Assembly: GCA_964406895.1 (NCBI GenBank)
Contig: CAYOTK010000004.1
Location: 26,016 to 90,015, forward strand
DNA: 64,000 nt
Reading direction: 5' to 3'
From: an uncultured Candidatus Saccharibacteria bacterium
GTDB taxonomy: Bacteria > Patescibacteriota > Minisyncoccia > Phycocordibacterales > PALSA-1337
The position numbers and the translations under genes are program-made. Shown one piece after another: positions 56,097 through 64,000 of the stretch; the stretch's first letter is position 1; every line of letters begins with the position of its first letter. The notes beneath the pieces were generated by a model that worked only from the letters and a program-made list of their open reading frames with translations, did not search any database and was not told where the DNA came from.

Positions 56097-56225
56097 ACAA
56101 AGAGGGGTTTTGTGTGCTTTGGGACATGCGGGAAATTTTCTGCAGAAAATTTCCCTTATCCTCGGCATTTTTCTGCTGAAAAATGCCTCCGGACATGTCC
56201 CAAAGCACACAAAACCCCTCTTTGT
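56097..56225. repeat. Nested perfect palindrome in the pilB/tsaE divergent region
   Basis: 56097-56128 is the exact reverse complement of 56194-56225 (32 bp). The inner segment contains a 26-bp perfect palindrome GGGAAATTTTCTGCAGAAAATTTCCC and a near-palindrome GGCATTTTTCTGCTGAAAAATGCC. Confidence 0.6.
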
Positions 56226-56269
56226 GGTGCAAACATGGCATTATTTCTCAATTGTATTATCATTAAGTC

Positions 56270-56755
56270 ATGAAAACTCACGTTACTAATTCACTGGAAG
56301 AAACTGAATCCTTGGCTCGTCTTTGGCTCGAGAATGTTTCGGCGAAATATGCTGGTATTGATAGCGCTCTTGTTGTGACTCTTTCTGGTCATATCGGAGC
56401 GGGCAAGACCGCTTTCGTGAATATGGTTGCCAAGATTTGTGGCGTTGAGGAGTCTGTGACAAGTCCAACTTTCGTTATCATGAAAATATATGAGTTGAAA
56501 GGTGGGGTGCGAAAGAGCGGGGAAGCGCCGGAAGTTCCAAATAATTGGAAGCGCCTGGTTCATATAGATGCATATCGCCTAGAAAAAGCCGAAGAATTCG
56601 AAATTGTTGGTTTGGAACAGCTGGTCGCGGACAAAAATAATTTGATTATGATCGAATGGCCAGAGAATGTTGCGGAGGCGCTCGCAGGTATTGAGCCTTT
56701 GGAAAAGATCAATTTCACTGTGATGGGTGAAAAGTCTAGGAGTGTGGAGTTTTAG
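56270..56755 (+). CDS. tsaE: tRNA threonylcarbamoyladenosine biosynthesis protein TsaE (YjeE ATPase)
   Basis: P-loop LSGHIGAGKTAFV and SPTFVIM motif. 161 aa. Confidence 0.75.
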   Translation: MKTHVTNSLEETESLARLWLENVSAKYAGIDSALVVTLSGHIGAGKTAFVNMVAKICGVEESVTSPTFVIMKIYELKGGVRKSGEAPEVPNNWKRLVHIDAYRLEKAEEFEIVGLEQLVADKNNLIMIEWPENVAEALAGIEPLEKINFTVMGEKSRSVEF

Positions 56756-56899
56756 AATATCACATTCATTTGACAATCACGCAATTATTATTGTAGTCTG
56801 ATTTCAGACCACCCCTGATTGCACCTGACCCTGTTTCTTGGCCCTGCAAATGAGAGGGTAAGAGAAATATGGACGGCACCATGACGGCGTGGAAGACAT

Positions 56900-57307
56900 A
56901 TGAATAGAAACGATCAATTCGGCCCCATCTTTGCCTTGGCGGCCCGGTTCGCCTCCGAAATCGCTGGCATGAATCTGCCCACTGAGGTAATTCAGAAAGC
57001 GAAAGAGCAAAAGAATCACCCTCTCTGGACGGCGGTAAACAGAGCGTTGTCGCCGGATGGTAACCCCAATCCGATCAGCGATGAGACCTCCCTGGTCCTG
57101 TCGAGACGCTTCACTCTTTTCATCGATTTTTTGGGATTGCCTGAAGAGGTGGCCGTGGCTGCGACAAAAAATGATCACCCGCTCTGGGGCGCCGTGAGAA
57201 AGGCGCTGTTGCCCGAAGAGATGTCGATGTCACCGGGTCTTGCCCTTAAGGAAAAGGGTGGAGACAAAAAGGTCGGGCGCTTCATTGTTTTGGATAATTT
57301 GTGGTGA
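56900..57307 (+). CDS. Hypothetical protein with internal tandem repeat (GC-rich ORF)
   Basis: 135 aa. Internal duplication KNHPLWTAVNRALSPD / KNDHPLWGAVRKALLPEE. It lies in a ~600-bp ~52% GC patch within AT-rich DNA. Confidence 0.35.
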   Translation: MNRNDQFGPIFALAARFASEIAGMNLPTEVIQKAKEQKNHPLWTAVNRALSPDGNPNPISDETSLVLSRRFTLFIDFLGLPEEVAVAATKNDHPLWGAVRKALLPEEMSMSPGLALKEKGGDKKVGRFIVLDNLW

Positions 57308-57380
57308 ACACGGGCAAAAGTGCACCTGTGAAGATCTGTCGTATCGGTCAGACCTTTTTGTTCTTTTGTCCTTTTTTCAT

Positions 57381-57418
57381 CCCTCCGCCTGTTTGCAGGC
57401 GGAGGGGTTTTCTTTTTG
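57381..57418 (+). terminator. Strong rho-independent terminator
   Basis: CCCUCCGCCUG-UUUG-CAGGCGGAGGG (11-bp GC-rich stem) followed by GUUUUCUUUUUG, immediately before the polA start. Confidence 0.65.
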
Positions 57419-57431
57419 CTACAATATACCC

Positions 57432-59885
57432 ATGCCCAAGCCTGAAAATAACAAGAAAAGACTCGTATTACTAGATGCGCACGCAATACTGCACCGTGCA
57501 TATCACGCTCTGCCCGATTTTCATACCAAGAAAGGCGAGCCAACGGGGGCATTATACGGCCTATCGGCAATGCTTATAAAGATAATAGAAGACTTGAAGC
57601 CAGACTATCTCGTGGCGTGTTACGACGTGCACGCGCCAACTATGAGGCATGAAATATACAAGGATTACAAGGCGGGTAGGAAAAAAGCCGAAGACGATTT
57701 GATATCGCAGATCAAGCGTTCAAGAGATGTTTTCGAAGCACTCAATGTTCCCATATATGAAAAGGCGGGTTACGAAGCGGATGACATTCTTGGGACAATC
57801 GTTTTAGAGGTCGGACTTCGAGGAGGTCGGACCTCTAAAAGGTCGGACCTCGAAATCATAATTGCTTCAGGAGATATGGATACGATGCAACTCATTTCTG
57901 GCGAAGATGTGAAAGTCTACACATTGAAAAAGGGGATTAAAGACACAATCATGTACGACGAGGAAGCTGTGAAAGAAAGATTTGGTTTTGGCCCGAAACT
58001 AATTCCTGACTACAAGGGTCTTTCTGGTGATCCGTCGGACAATATTGTGGGCGTGAAGGGTATAGGTGAGAAGACAGCGACGACACTCATCACAACTTTC
58101 GGCACCGTAGAAAAAATTTACCAAGAATTAGAAGCTGGTCACGAGAAGTCTTTCGAAAAGGCCGGAATAAAACCGCGAATCATTCAACTTTTGAAGGATA
58201 ATAAGGAAGAGGCAGAGTTCAGTAAAATGTTAGCGACTATAAGAACGGACGCGCCGATTGATTTCAAATTACCGGAAAAAACATTCAAGGAAACGCTCGA
58301 CGTCAAAAAAGCAAAATCATTCTGGACAGAGCTTGAATTCAGGACTTTGGGACAGAGATTGGAGCAAGTTATTTCAGGCGATAATAAAATCGTTACAAAA
58401 GGCGAGAATGTGACCAAGGAAGAAGTAGTGCAAAATGAAGAGGGATTATTTGGTTCAGAACAAAACAAAAAGACGCTCGAGAATATTCCGGCCGAAAGAC
58501 TAGAGAAGGTGGCTTTGGCTCTGTGGGTCGTTGATTCCAATATAACTAACCCGACTCTGGAAGACATTTTGAATTTCTCCAATACAGACAGCTTTGAAAC
58601 TGCTGAGAAAGCTATTTTCGATGAGCTAGAAAAGAGAGGCTTGAAGAAAGTCTATGAAGAAATAGAGTTGCCACTTATACCGATCATCAAAAAGATGGAA
58701 ACTCGCGGCGTGAAGATAGATCGTGCCACTCTCAAGGATCTTGCCACAAAATATCACACTGAAGCTGAGCGGTTGGAGAAGGAAATATGGCAGTTGGCAG
58801 GTGTAGAATTTAATATAAGTTCACCGAAACAGTTGGGAGAAGTTTTGTTCGACAAGCTTCAGCTCACCGCCAAGAATATGAAGAAAACTAGTGGTGGTGC
58901 TCGTTCAACCCGAGAATCAGAGCTGGAGAAATTGAGAGATCTTCACCCAATAGTTCCTCTCATATTCAGTCATCGCGAGCTTAGCAAACTCCTTTCGACT
59001 TACATAGACGCTATACCACCACTTCTTGATTGGAATGATCGTCTGCATACACATTTCATATCAACAGGCGCAACTACAGGCAGAATGGCGTCACAGAATC
59101 CAAATCTTCAGAATATTCCTATAAAAACAGAACTCGGTCGTGCCATAAGAAAAGCTTTTGTTGCAGAAAAAGATTTTGTTTTGGCTAGCTTCGATTATTC
59201 TCAAGTAGAATTGCGCATCGCCGCTTTTCTTTCTCACGATGAGAAGCTTATAGAGATTTTCAGGAAAGGGGAAGACGTGCATACTTCTGTGGCCTCATCG
59301 GTTTTCAAGGTTCCGTTTAATGAAGTTAGTGCAGAAATGCGCAGACGAGCTAAGGTTATAAATTTCGGCATCATATATGGCATGGGTGTTTTGGCCTTGA
59401 AGGACAATCTAGGCACGAGTAGAGATGAAGCGCAGAAATTCATGAATGATTATTTTGAAACATTTTCGACTTTGGCTAATTATCTCGACAAAATAAAAGT
59501 TGAGACCAATAAGAAAGGTTATACAGAAACTTTTTTCGGGCGTCGCAGGTATTTCGAGGGTATAAAGTCTAAAATTCCATATATTAGGGCACAGGCCGAG
59601 AGAATGGCTATCAATGCTCCTATTCAAGGAACGGGTGCAGATATCGTGAAAATTTCAATGAAAAATATCGATCGTTTCATTCAGGAAAAAGGTCTTGAAG
59701 GTTCTGTTTTTCCACTTCTCCAGGTTCACGATGAATTGATATATGAAATTCGTGCAGACGTTGCCGATAAGGTCTCGGCACAAATCAGAGAAATAATGGA
59801 GAAAGTGATTGATCCAAAAGAAATAGAGGGCATAATTTTGAAATCCAGTTGCTCACTCGGCAAGAATTGGGGGGAATTGAAGTGA
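57432..59885 (+). CDS. polA: DNA polymerase I
   Basis: Start at MPKPENNKKRLVLLDAHA. 5'-nuclease motifs (LLDAHAILHRAYHA, GYEADD). Polymerase motif A (ASFDYSQVELRI), motif B (RRRAKVINFGIIYG) and motif C (LQVHDELI). 817 aa. Contains an in-frame GC-rich tandem repeat at 57811-57856. Confidence 0.9.
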   Translation: MPKPENNKKRLVLLDAHAILHRAYHALPDFHTKKGEPTGALYGLSAMLIKIIEDLKPDYLVACYDVHAPTMRHEIYKDYKAGRKKAEDDLISQIKRSRDVFEALNVPIYEKAGYEADDILGTIVLEVGLRGGRTSKRSDLEIIIASGDMDTMQLISGEDVKVYTLKKGIKDTIMYDEEAVKERFGFGPKLIPDYKGLSGDPSDNIVGVKGIGEKTATTLITTFGTVEKIYQELEAGHEKSFEKAGIKPRIIQLLKDNKEEAEFSKMLATIRTDAPIDFKLPEKTFKETLDVKKAKSFWTELEFRTLGQRLEQVISGDNKIVTKGENVTKEEVVQNEEGLFGSEQNKKTLENIPAERLEKVALALWVVDSNITNPTLEDILNFSNTDSFETAEKAIFDELEKRGLKKVYEEIELPLIPIIKKMETRGVKIDRATLKDLATKYHTEAERLEKEIWQLAGVEFNISSPKQLGEVLFDKLQLTAKNMKKTSGGARSTRESELEKLRDLHPIVPLIFSHRELSKLLSTYIDAIPPLLDWNDRLHTHFISTGATTGRMASQNPNLQNIPIKTELGRAIRKAFVAEKDFVLASFDYSQVELRIAAFLSHDEKLIEIFRKGEDVHTSVASSVFKVPFNEVSAEMRRRAKVINFGIIYGMGVLALKDNLGTSRDEAQKFMNDYFETFSTLANYLDKIKVETNKKGYTETFFGRRRYFEGIKSKIPYIRAQAERMAINAPIQGTGADIVKISMKNIDRFIQEKGLEGSVFPLLQVHDELIYEIRADVADKVSAQIREIMEKVIDPKEIEGIILKSSCSLGKNWGELK

Positions 59886-59902
59886 TTTGTTATACTGCCA
59901 CT

Positions 59903-60631
59903 ATGCTATACGTAATTCATGGCCCAGATAAAAAAATAGCCACAGATAAAGCTCTTTCTTTGGTGCATTCTCTGCAAAGCAAAAAGCCAGATGCAACACT
60001 GGTAAAAATCGATGGTGATAATTGGAATTCTGCGATCATTCAGGAAAATTTCGGTGGTCAGGGACTTTTCTCGAACAAATATATAGTTTTTTTGAATCGT
60101 GTTTGCGAGAACGCTTCCGCAAAAGAAAAGATTCTGGATTTCGTTTCTGCCATGAAAGAATCAACAAATATTTTTATTATTCTCGAAGGAACCTTGAATG
60201 CAGAGCTGAAAAAATCATTCGAAAAATCCGCAGAGAAAATGGTTTTGTGCGAAGAAAAGACCGCCGTCAAAAAGGGTTTTGGTGATTTCAATATTTTTGC
60301 GCTTGGTGACGCACTAGGAGAAAAGAAATTCATGAATGCATGGGTACTATATAGGAAGGCCTTGGAGAAGGGTTTGGAAGTAGAAAGTATATTGGGCACC
60401 ATATTCTGGCAGATGAAATCTATATTACTCGCTTCTCGCTCAAGTTCCGCGTCCGAGGCAGGTCTCAGCCCCTTTGTTTTCAATAATTGCAAAAGGTTTG
60501 CGAAAAATTATTGTACCGAGGAATTAGAAAACACTTTGAGAAAATTAATTACTATTTATCACGATGGTCATAGGGGATTGGTCGATATGGAGGTTGAGGT
60601 GGAGGGGTGGGTGGTGAGGGGGTTAGATTAG
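59903..60631 (+). CDS. holA: DNA polymerase III delta subunit-like (HolA) protein
   Basis: Start taken at MLYVIHGPDKK (the delta N-terminus typically reads vyllyGee). Length 243 aa, consistent with a reduced delta. Confidence 0.45.
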   Translation: MLYVIHGPDKKIATDKALSLVHSLQSKKPDATLVKIDGDNWNSAIIQENFGGQGLFSNKYIVFLNRVCENASAKEKILDFVSAMKESTNIFIILEGTLNAELKKSFEKSAEKMVLCEEKTAVKKGFGDFNIFALGDALGEKKFMNAWVLYRKALEKGLEVESILGTIFWQMKSILLASRSSSASEAGLSPFVFNNCKRFAKNYCTEELENTLRKLITIYHDGHRGLVDMEVEVEGWVVRGLD

Positions 60632-60862
60632 TCTTTTTCTTGTAAAAGCAAAACCAGAACCTTGTTTCAGGTATTTTTCAAAAGAAAGACTTTTAACTTT
60701 ATTTTCAAAACAACAATACCAAATAATTTTGACTGGTCTTCTGTTTGATGTGCTTTGAACTGAACCTTTATTGTGATAGTTAATACGGTTTTTTAAATTG
60801 TTGGATGAGCCAACATAATATGAATTATCAGAACATTTAAGAATGTAAACATAATAAGGCAT
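60623..60862 (-). CDS. GIY-YIG nuclease-domain protein (YhbQ/UPF0213-like)
   Basis: MPYYVYILKCSDNSYYVGSSNNLKNRINYHNKG...RRPVKIIWY carries the GIY-YIG motifs. The longer track ORF (to 60994) runs into the repeat region and is not supported. Confidence 0.65.
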   Translation of the reverse strand: MPYYVYILKCSDNSYYVGSSNNLKNRINYHNKGSVQSTSNRRPVKIIWYCCFENKVKSLSFEKYLKQGSGFAFTRKRLI

Positions 60863-61024
60863 GAATAAAATTATAGCAGAATAGTGTCTTACTACGCTCG
60901 CTACGCGAGCTTCGTAGGACTGCTTTCCTGCTCCGCCAAAGGCTACGCAGGACAAGCGCGTTTTATGCATTATTGTGCCTGCACTGCGAAGCAACCCCAG
61001 CGATTAGCTGGGGTTGCGAGGCAG

Positions 61025-61098
61025 TGCGCCCAGTTGGATTCGAACCAACGACCCACTCCTTAAAAGGGAGTTGCTCTACCAGGCTGAGCTATGGGCGC
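61025..61098 (-). tRNA. tRNA-Lys (anticodon UUU)
   Basis: The reverse complement reads GCGCCCAUAGCUCAGCCUGGUAGAGCAACUCCCUUUUAAGGAGUGGGUCGUUGGUUCGAAUCCAACUGGGCGCA. Anticodon stem is ACUCC/GGAGU with loop CUUUUAA. CCA is not encoded. Confidence 0.8.
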
Positions 61099-61104
61099 GC
61101 GGAT

Positions 61105-61467
61105 TTATAGTGGCATATCGAAGGCAAAAAATCCAGCACCTGTAAGAGCTAGAGATACCGCCAATATAAAAAGTATTAAATAATAATTTACACCATCTGT
61201 AAGTAGCGCTCGTGATTTGGCCTTGTCGAAAAGCCTTATAAACATATCGATCGCTATTACAATTGCTGCTAATTGTGTCCAAAGTCCAATCAAAATAAGG
61301 ATTGCTGATAGTGATTCTACAACAGAAATGGCTTTTTCTTTGGGGGTGGCGTGAGGCTGTTTGAAAGTCTTGTATCTTAGAAATATAAGAGTAATTCCCA
61401 AGCATAATCTAATCAAAAAAGGAGAAAGTTGATTCCATGAAAGCAGACTAGGGAATAAAGATAGCAT
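61105..61467 (-). CDS. DoxX-like small membrane protein
   Basis: 120 aa with 3-4 TM segments (LIRLCLGITLIFLRY...; ILILIGLWTQLAAIVIAIDMFI; YYLILFILAVSLALTGAGFFAF). Confidence 0.45.
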   Translation of the reverse strand: MLSLFPSLLSWNQLSPFLIRLCLGITLIFLRYKTFKQPHATPKEKAISVVESLSAILILIGLWTQLAAIVIAIDMFIRLFDKAKSRALLTDGVNYYLILFILAVSLALTGAGFFAFDMPL

Positions 61468-61508
61468 AATAGTTAATTGTTATGTTAATGTGCATATTAT
61501 AAACCAAT

Positions 61509-62030
61509 ATGCGAACGAAACCAAATTCAAAGCACAACATAAGGACGCGTAGGTCTTTCGAAAAAACAATTCTTCTTGATAATATCAGAAGCGTTCACAA
61601 TGTTGGTTCAATATTCCGTACAGCAGAGACAATAGGTATAAGCAAAATATTTTGTTGTGGCACCACACCTGCTCCTGTAGACAGATTCGGCAGGAAGAGG
61701 GAAGATTTTGCTAAGGTCGCTTTGTGTGCCGAAAATGCAATCAGCTGGTCTTACGCGCCATCTTCCGAATCACTCTTGAAAAGTTTGAAGAAAAAAAATA
61801 AAAAATTGATAATAATTAGTCTTGAACAAGATAAGAACTCTGTTGATTATAAGAAAATAAAAATTAATTCTGATTGTCTCATTATTTTGGGTAATGAAGT
61901 GGAAGGTGTTTCTAAAAAACTATTGAAATTGTCTGATATTATTGCCGAAATACCAATGCGAGGCAAAAAAGAGTCCTTGAATGTTTCAGTGGCGGCCGGC
62001 ATTTTCCTTTTTAGGATTTTCGATAGGTAA
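61509..62030 (+). CDS. SpoU/TrmH family RNA 2'-O-methyltransferase
   Basis: LLDNIRSVHNVGSIFRTAETIG (motif 1), LGNEVEGVS (motif 2) and IPMRGKKESLNVSVAAGIFLF (motif 3). Confidence 0.75.
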   Translation: MRTKPNSKHNIRTRRSFEKTILLDNIRSVHNVGSIFRTAETIGISKIFCCGTTPAPVDRFGRKREDFAKVALCAENAISWSYAPSSESLLKSLKKKNKKLIIISLEQDKNSVDYKKIKINSDCLIILGNEVEGVSKKLLKLSDIIAEIPMRGKKESLNVSVAAGIFLFRIFDR

Positions 62031-62078
62031 TGTGTTGGTGGTGGGGAGGGGTGATGCACAAGATGTTGTATTTTTGTA

Positions 62079-62167
62079 TGCAGAGCAACTGTTTGAGCGA
62101 GTATAAATTTCTTGGAAAAAGCCGAACCGTGATGACCTCGTGAGGCTTTTTCCTAGAAATTTAACGA
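62079..62167. repeat. Palindromic element core, copy 3 (reverse orientation, without perfect outer arms)
   Basis: ctgtttgagcgagtataaatttcttggaaaaagccgaaccgtgatgacctcgtgaggctttttcctagaaatttaacgagcgagtt is ~85% identical to the reverse complement of 18008-18093. Confidence 0.6.
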
Positions 62168-62417
62168 GCGAGTTTTGTCGAGGACGATAATACATCATGC
62201 CTAGGGTTTCTTTTAATAAAGCTCCCGCCGGTTTTGGCCGGCGGGGTGAGGGTTCTTTCAAGACCTCCATGGACGCACTGGTCTCGATGCCCTTTTTTTC
62301 GCTCGTCTGATTTGAACTAGAAGCGCTTTAAGGGCTTTGAACTCTACTTTGATTCGTATGGGCATCAAATCCTCCTTGTTGAATTTATAACATCTTACAT
62401 CAAAAACAAAAAAACAC

Positions 62418-63332
62418 CTATTTTTGATGCAATGGACAAAAATGCGTACCACGACCAGCAACAACGATGCGTGCAATTATCCCACCGCAACCTTTTTTCA
62501 GGCATTTGAGGCCTTTCCTGCGATAAACACAATGCTTTTCTTGGAAACCACCTTTCTCGCCATGAATATTTCTATAATCAGACATAGAATCACCGCCAAG
62601 CTCTATGCCGTGCGCCAGTGTCTGCCTTATCGCCGTATATAATTTGCGTTTCGAGGAAGTGCTTAAACTTCTTACTAGAGTTTTTGGGTGAATATTTGCA
62701 CGCCAGAGGGATTCATCGGCGTAAATGTTGCCAATGCCGGCAATAACAGTTTGATCGAGCAGTGTCTGTTTGATTTTCCAATTATTTTTTGCAGTGATCT
62801 TCTCAGAAAAAATTTTGAAAGTAAATTTGTCATCCAAGGGTTCTGGACCAAGATCTTTTGTATGTATTGAGCTTTGTAATTCTGATGATTTGATGAGAGT
62901 AACCTTCGCGAATCTTCTCATATCAGAAAGGGCAATGAATTTTCCATTACTCATGCTGAGAACGAATCTGACTCTTCTGTTGAAGGGATCTTTGAGCCCA
63001 GAAGGGGATATTGGCTCCCATGGGTCCGATTTAATTCTAGGATTAAATTTGTATAGACCGTAGAGAAGATGGCCAGTCATTTTCATATGGACTAGAATAG
63101 TGTTTCCATTTTCGAGATTGATGAGAACATTCTTGGCTCTTCTTTTCACAGAAATAATTTTGCTACCAGTAACAGCCTTTTTGAATTTGGTAAAATAGGC
63201 GGTGTCTTTTATTGTTTCGGAGCCTTTGAAATATGAACTATTGTAATTCGACCAGACGTCGCGAATGACCAAGCCAACAATGTGCTCGTTTAAACCCGTT
63301 ACAGTTGTTTGAACTTCTGGTAATTCTGGCAT
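62418..63332 (-). CDS. mutM: Formamidopyrimidine-DNA glycosylase (Fpg/MutM)
   Basis: Start at MPELPEV (catalytic Pro2/Glu3). C-terminal zinc finger CxxC...CxxC (CLKKGCGGII...CPLHQ). H2TH region. Confidence 0.8.
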   Translation of the reverse strand: MPELPEVQTTVTGLNEHIVGLVIRDVWSNYNSSYFKGSETIKDTAYFTKFKKAVTGSKIISVKRRAKNVLINLENGNTILVHMKMTGHLLYGLYKFNPRIKSDPWEPISPSGLKDPFNRRVRFVLSMSNGKFIALSDMRRFAKVTLIKSSELQSSIHTKDLGPEPLDDKFTFKIFSEKITAKNNWKIKQTLLDQTVIAGIGNIYADESLWRANIHPKTLVRSLSTSSKRKLYTAIRQTLAHGIELGGDSMSDYRNIHGEKGGFQEKHCVYRRKGLKCLKKGCGGIIARIVVAGRGTHFCPLHQK

Positions 63333-63407
63333 AATCACACTATACAAGTCTTTTGAGATATTAAGCAAGATTGAAAAAAGACTGTTCGTGTTATAATTAT
63401 TTTCATT

Positions 63408-64000
63408 ATGAGATATTTCGTTGCTCTCGCAATAGTCATGGGTATATTTGTTTTGCCGTGGCTATATGTTAATTATCCAACGAAGATCAATTACGTACTC
63501 AATTCTATCGGTAGTGCAGGGGAACAAATTGCCGCTGTTATTTTGTCTCATAAGCCCAAAACCATAGATGAACTCAAATCAAAATACAATGTTGCACAGG
63601 ATTCCAACAATATCAAAGTTAAGATACTGATCGTTCCTGGACATGAACCGAGTTACGGTGGAGCTGAATATGGCAATATAAAAGAAAGAGAAATGACGGT
63701 AGAATTGGCCAATTATCTAGCTGATTTCCTGAAGAATAATAATAGGTATAGAGTCTATATGACTCGCGATAACAATTCTTGGAGTTCAGAATTCAATACG
63801 TATTTCACGAATAATTGGAACAACATAGAGGAGTGGAGGAAGGCTCACAAAGAAGAAGTTGCAGAACTCATTCGTGTTGGGAGTTTCCGTCCAGTCAATC
63901 CAGAGGTTTATCACAACAATGCTCCGACCGATGTTGCTATAAGATTGGCGGGTATCAACAAGTGGGCAGACGATAATGATATAGACATGGTCATTCATGT
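63408..64000 (+). CDS. N-acetylmuramoyl-L-alanine amidase (Amidase_3 family), 3' partial at window edge
   Basis: Not in the ORF track (no stop in window). Translation reads MRYFVALAIVMGIFVLP...ILIVPGHEPSYGGAEYGNIKEREMTVELANYLADFLKNNNRYRVYMTRDNN...DIDMVIH, following the Amidase_3 pattern (DAGHGG..GA...E......la..l...g..V..TR..D.....adlfiSiH). Confidence 0.6.
   Translation, partial: MRYFVALAIVMGIFVLPWLYVNYPTKINYVLNSIGSAGEQIAAVILSHKPKTIDELKSKYNVAQDSNNIKVKILIVPGHEPSYGGAEYGNIKEREMTVELANYLADFLKNNNRYRVYMTRDNNSWSSEFNTYFTNNWNNIEEWRKAHKEEVAELIRVGSFRPVNPEVYHNNAPTDVAIRLAGINKWADDNDIDMVIH

Noticed and set aside
60863-60994. N-terminal 44-aa extension of the GIY-YIG ORF (track ORF 60623..60994)
   Set aside because: The extension overlaps the tRNA-Lys downstream repeat and terminator block. 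The conserved GIY-YIG domain begins at the internal Met (MPYYVYIL).
61025-61098. Possible ochre-suppressor tRNA (anticodon UUA)
   Set aside because: That reading came from a mis-registered anticodon loop. With a 5-bp ACUCC/GGAGU stem the loop is CUUUUAA and the anticodon is UUU (Lys), with canonical U33 and A37.
1-64000. CRISPR arrays, rRNA genes, IS transposases or integrases (other than the Xer recombinase)
   Set aside because: No evenly spaced short direct repeats, no rRNA-like conserved blocks, and no DDE or tyrosine-integrase genes apart from the chromosomal xerC-type gene were seen on either strand.

Overview
The window splits into two compositionally distinct parts. Positions 1 to about 8,900 form a GC-rich (roughly 55-60% GC) island in which every gene is on the + strand. 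The remaining ~55 kb is AT-rich (roughly 35% GC) and reads like the core chromosome of a small-genome, CPR/Patescibacteria-like bacterium. That AT-rich part carries the replication origin neighbourhood (rpmH-rnpA-yidC divergent from dnaA-dnaN, with DnaA-box clusters), pnp, rpsO, polA, pcrA, ruvB/ruvC/yebC, xth, mutM, a Xer recombinase, cca, a PBP1a, pilB, tsaE, comM, and five minus-strand tRNAs. It also holds a large block of secreted and membrane proteins around a VirB4-type ATPase, which looks like a type IV secretion-like or pilus locus.

The GC-rich island is the most unusual part. It encodes a MoxR-like AAA+ ATPase with an atypical Walker A (GSPGINKT), followed directly by a vWA protein with an intact MIDAS (DSSGS...T...D) and a small protein with a TRAM-like N-terminus. 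Two long paralogous proteins with GTPase-like G1/G3 motifs bracket these; one is cut by the window edge. Upstream of MoxR, a small SpoT/Mesh1-like HD hydrolase gene overlaps the start of a ribbon-helix-helix gene. This looks like a horizontally acquired (or mis-joined) NTP-dependent vWA-MoxR conflict or regulatory module of an undescribed type.

Further observations:
- A 1.8-kb insertion flanked by 21-bp direct repeats has duplicated the last codons of xth.
- An 86-bp conserved core occurs three times; in two copies it sits inside perfect 38- and 41-bp palindromes of different sequence, which is covariation.
- A separate 32-bp perfect palindrome lies in the pilB/tsaE divergent region.
- A GGTCGGACCTC mini-repeat is found upstream of pnp and in-frame inside polA.
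- There are GC-rich non-coding islands that may be structured RNAs, and repeated hairpin blocks downstream of tRNA genes.
- VirB4 may be split into two ORFs.
- No CRISPR array, rRNA, transposase or integrase was recognised.

All calls rest on motif reading by eye; no searches were run.
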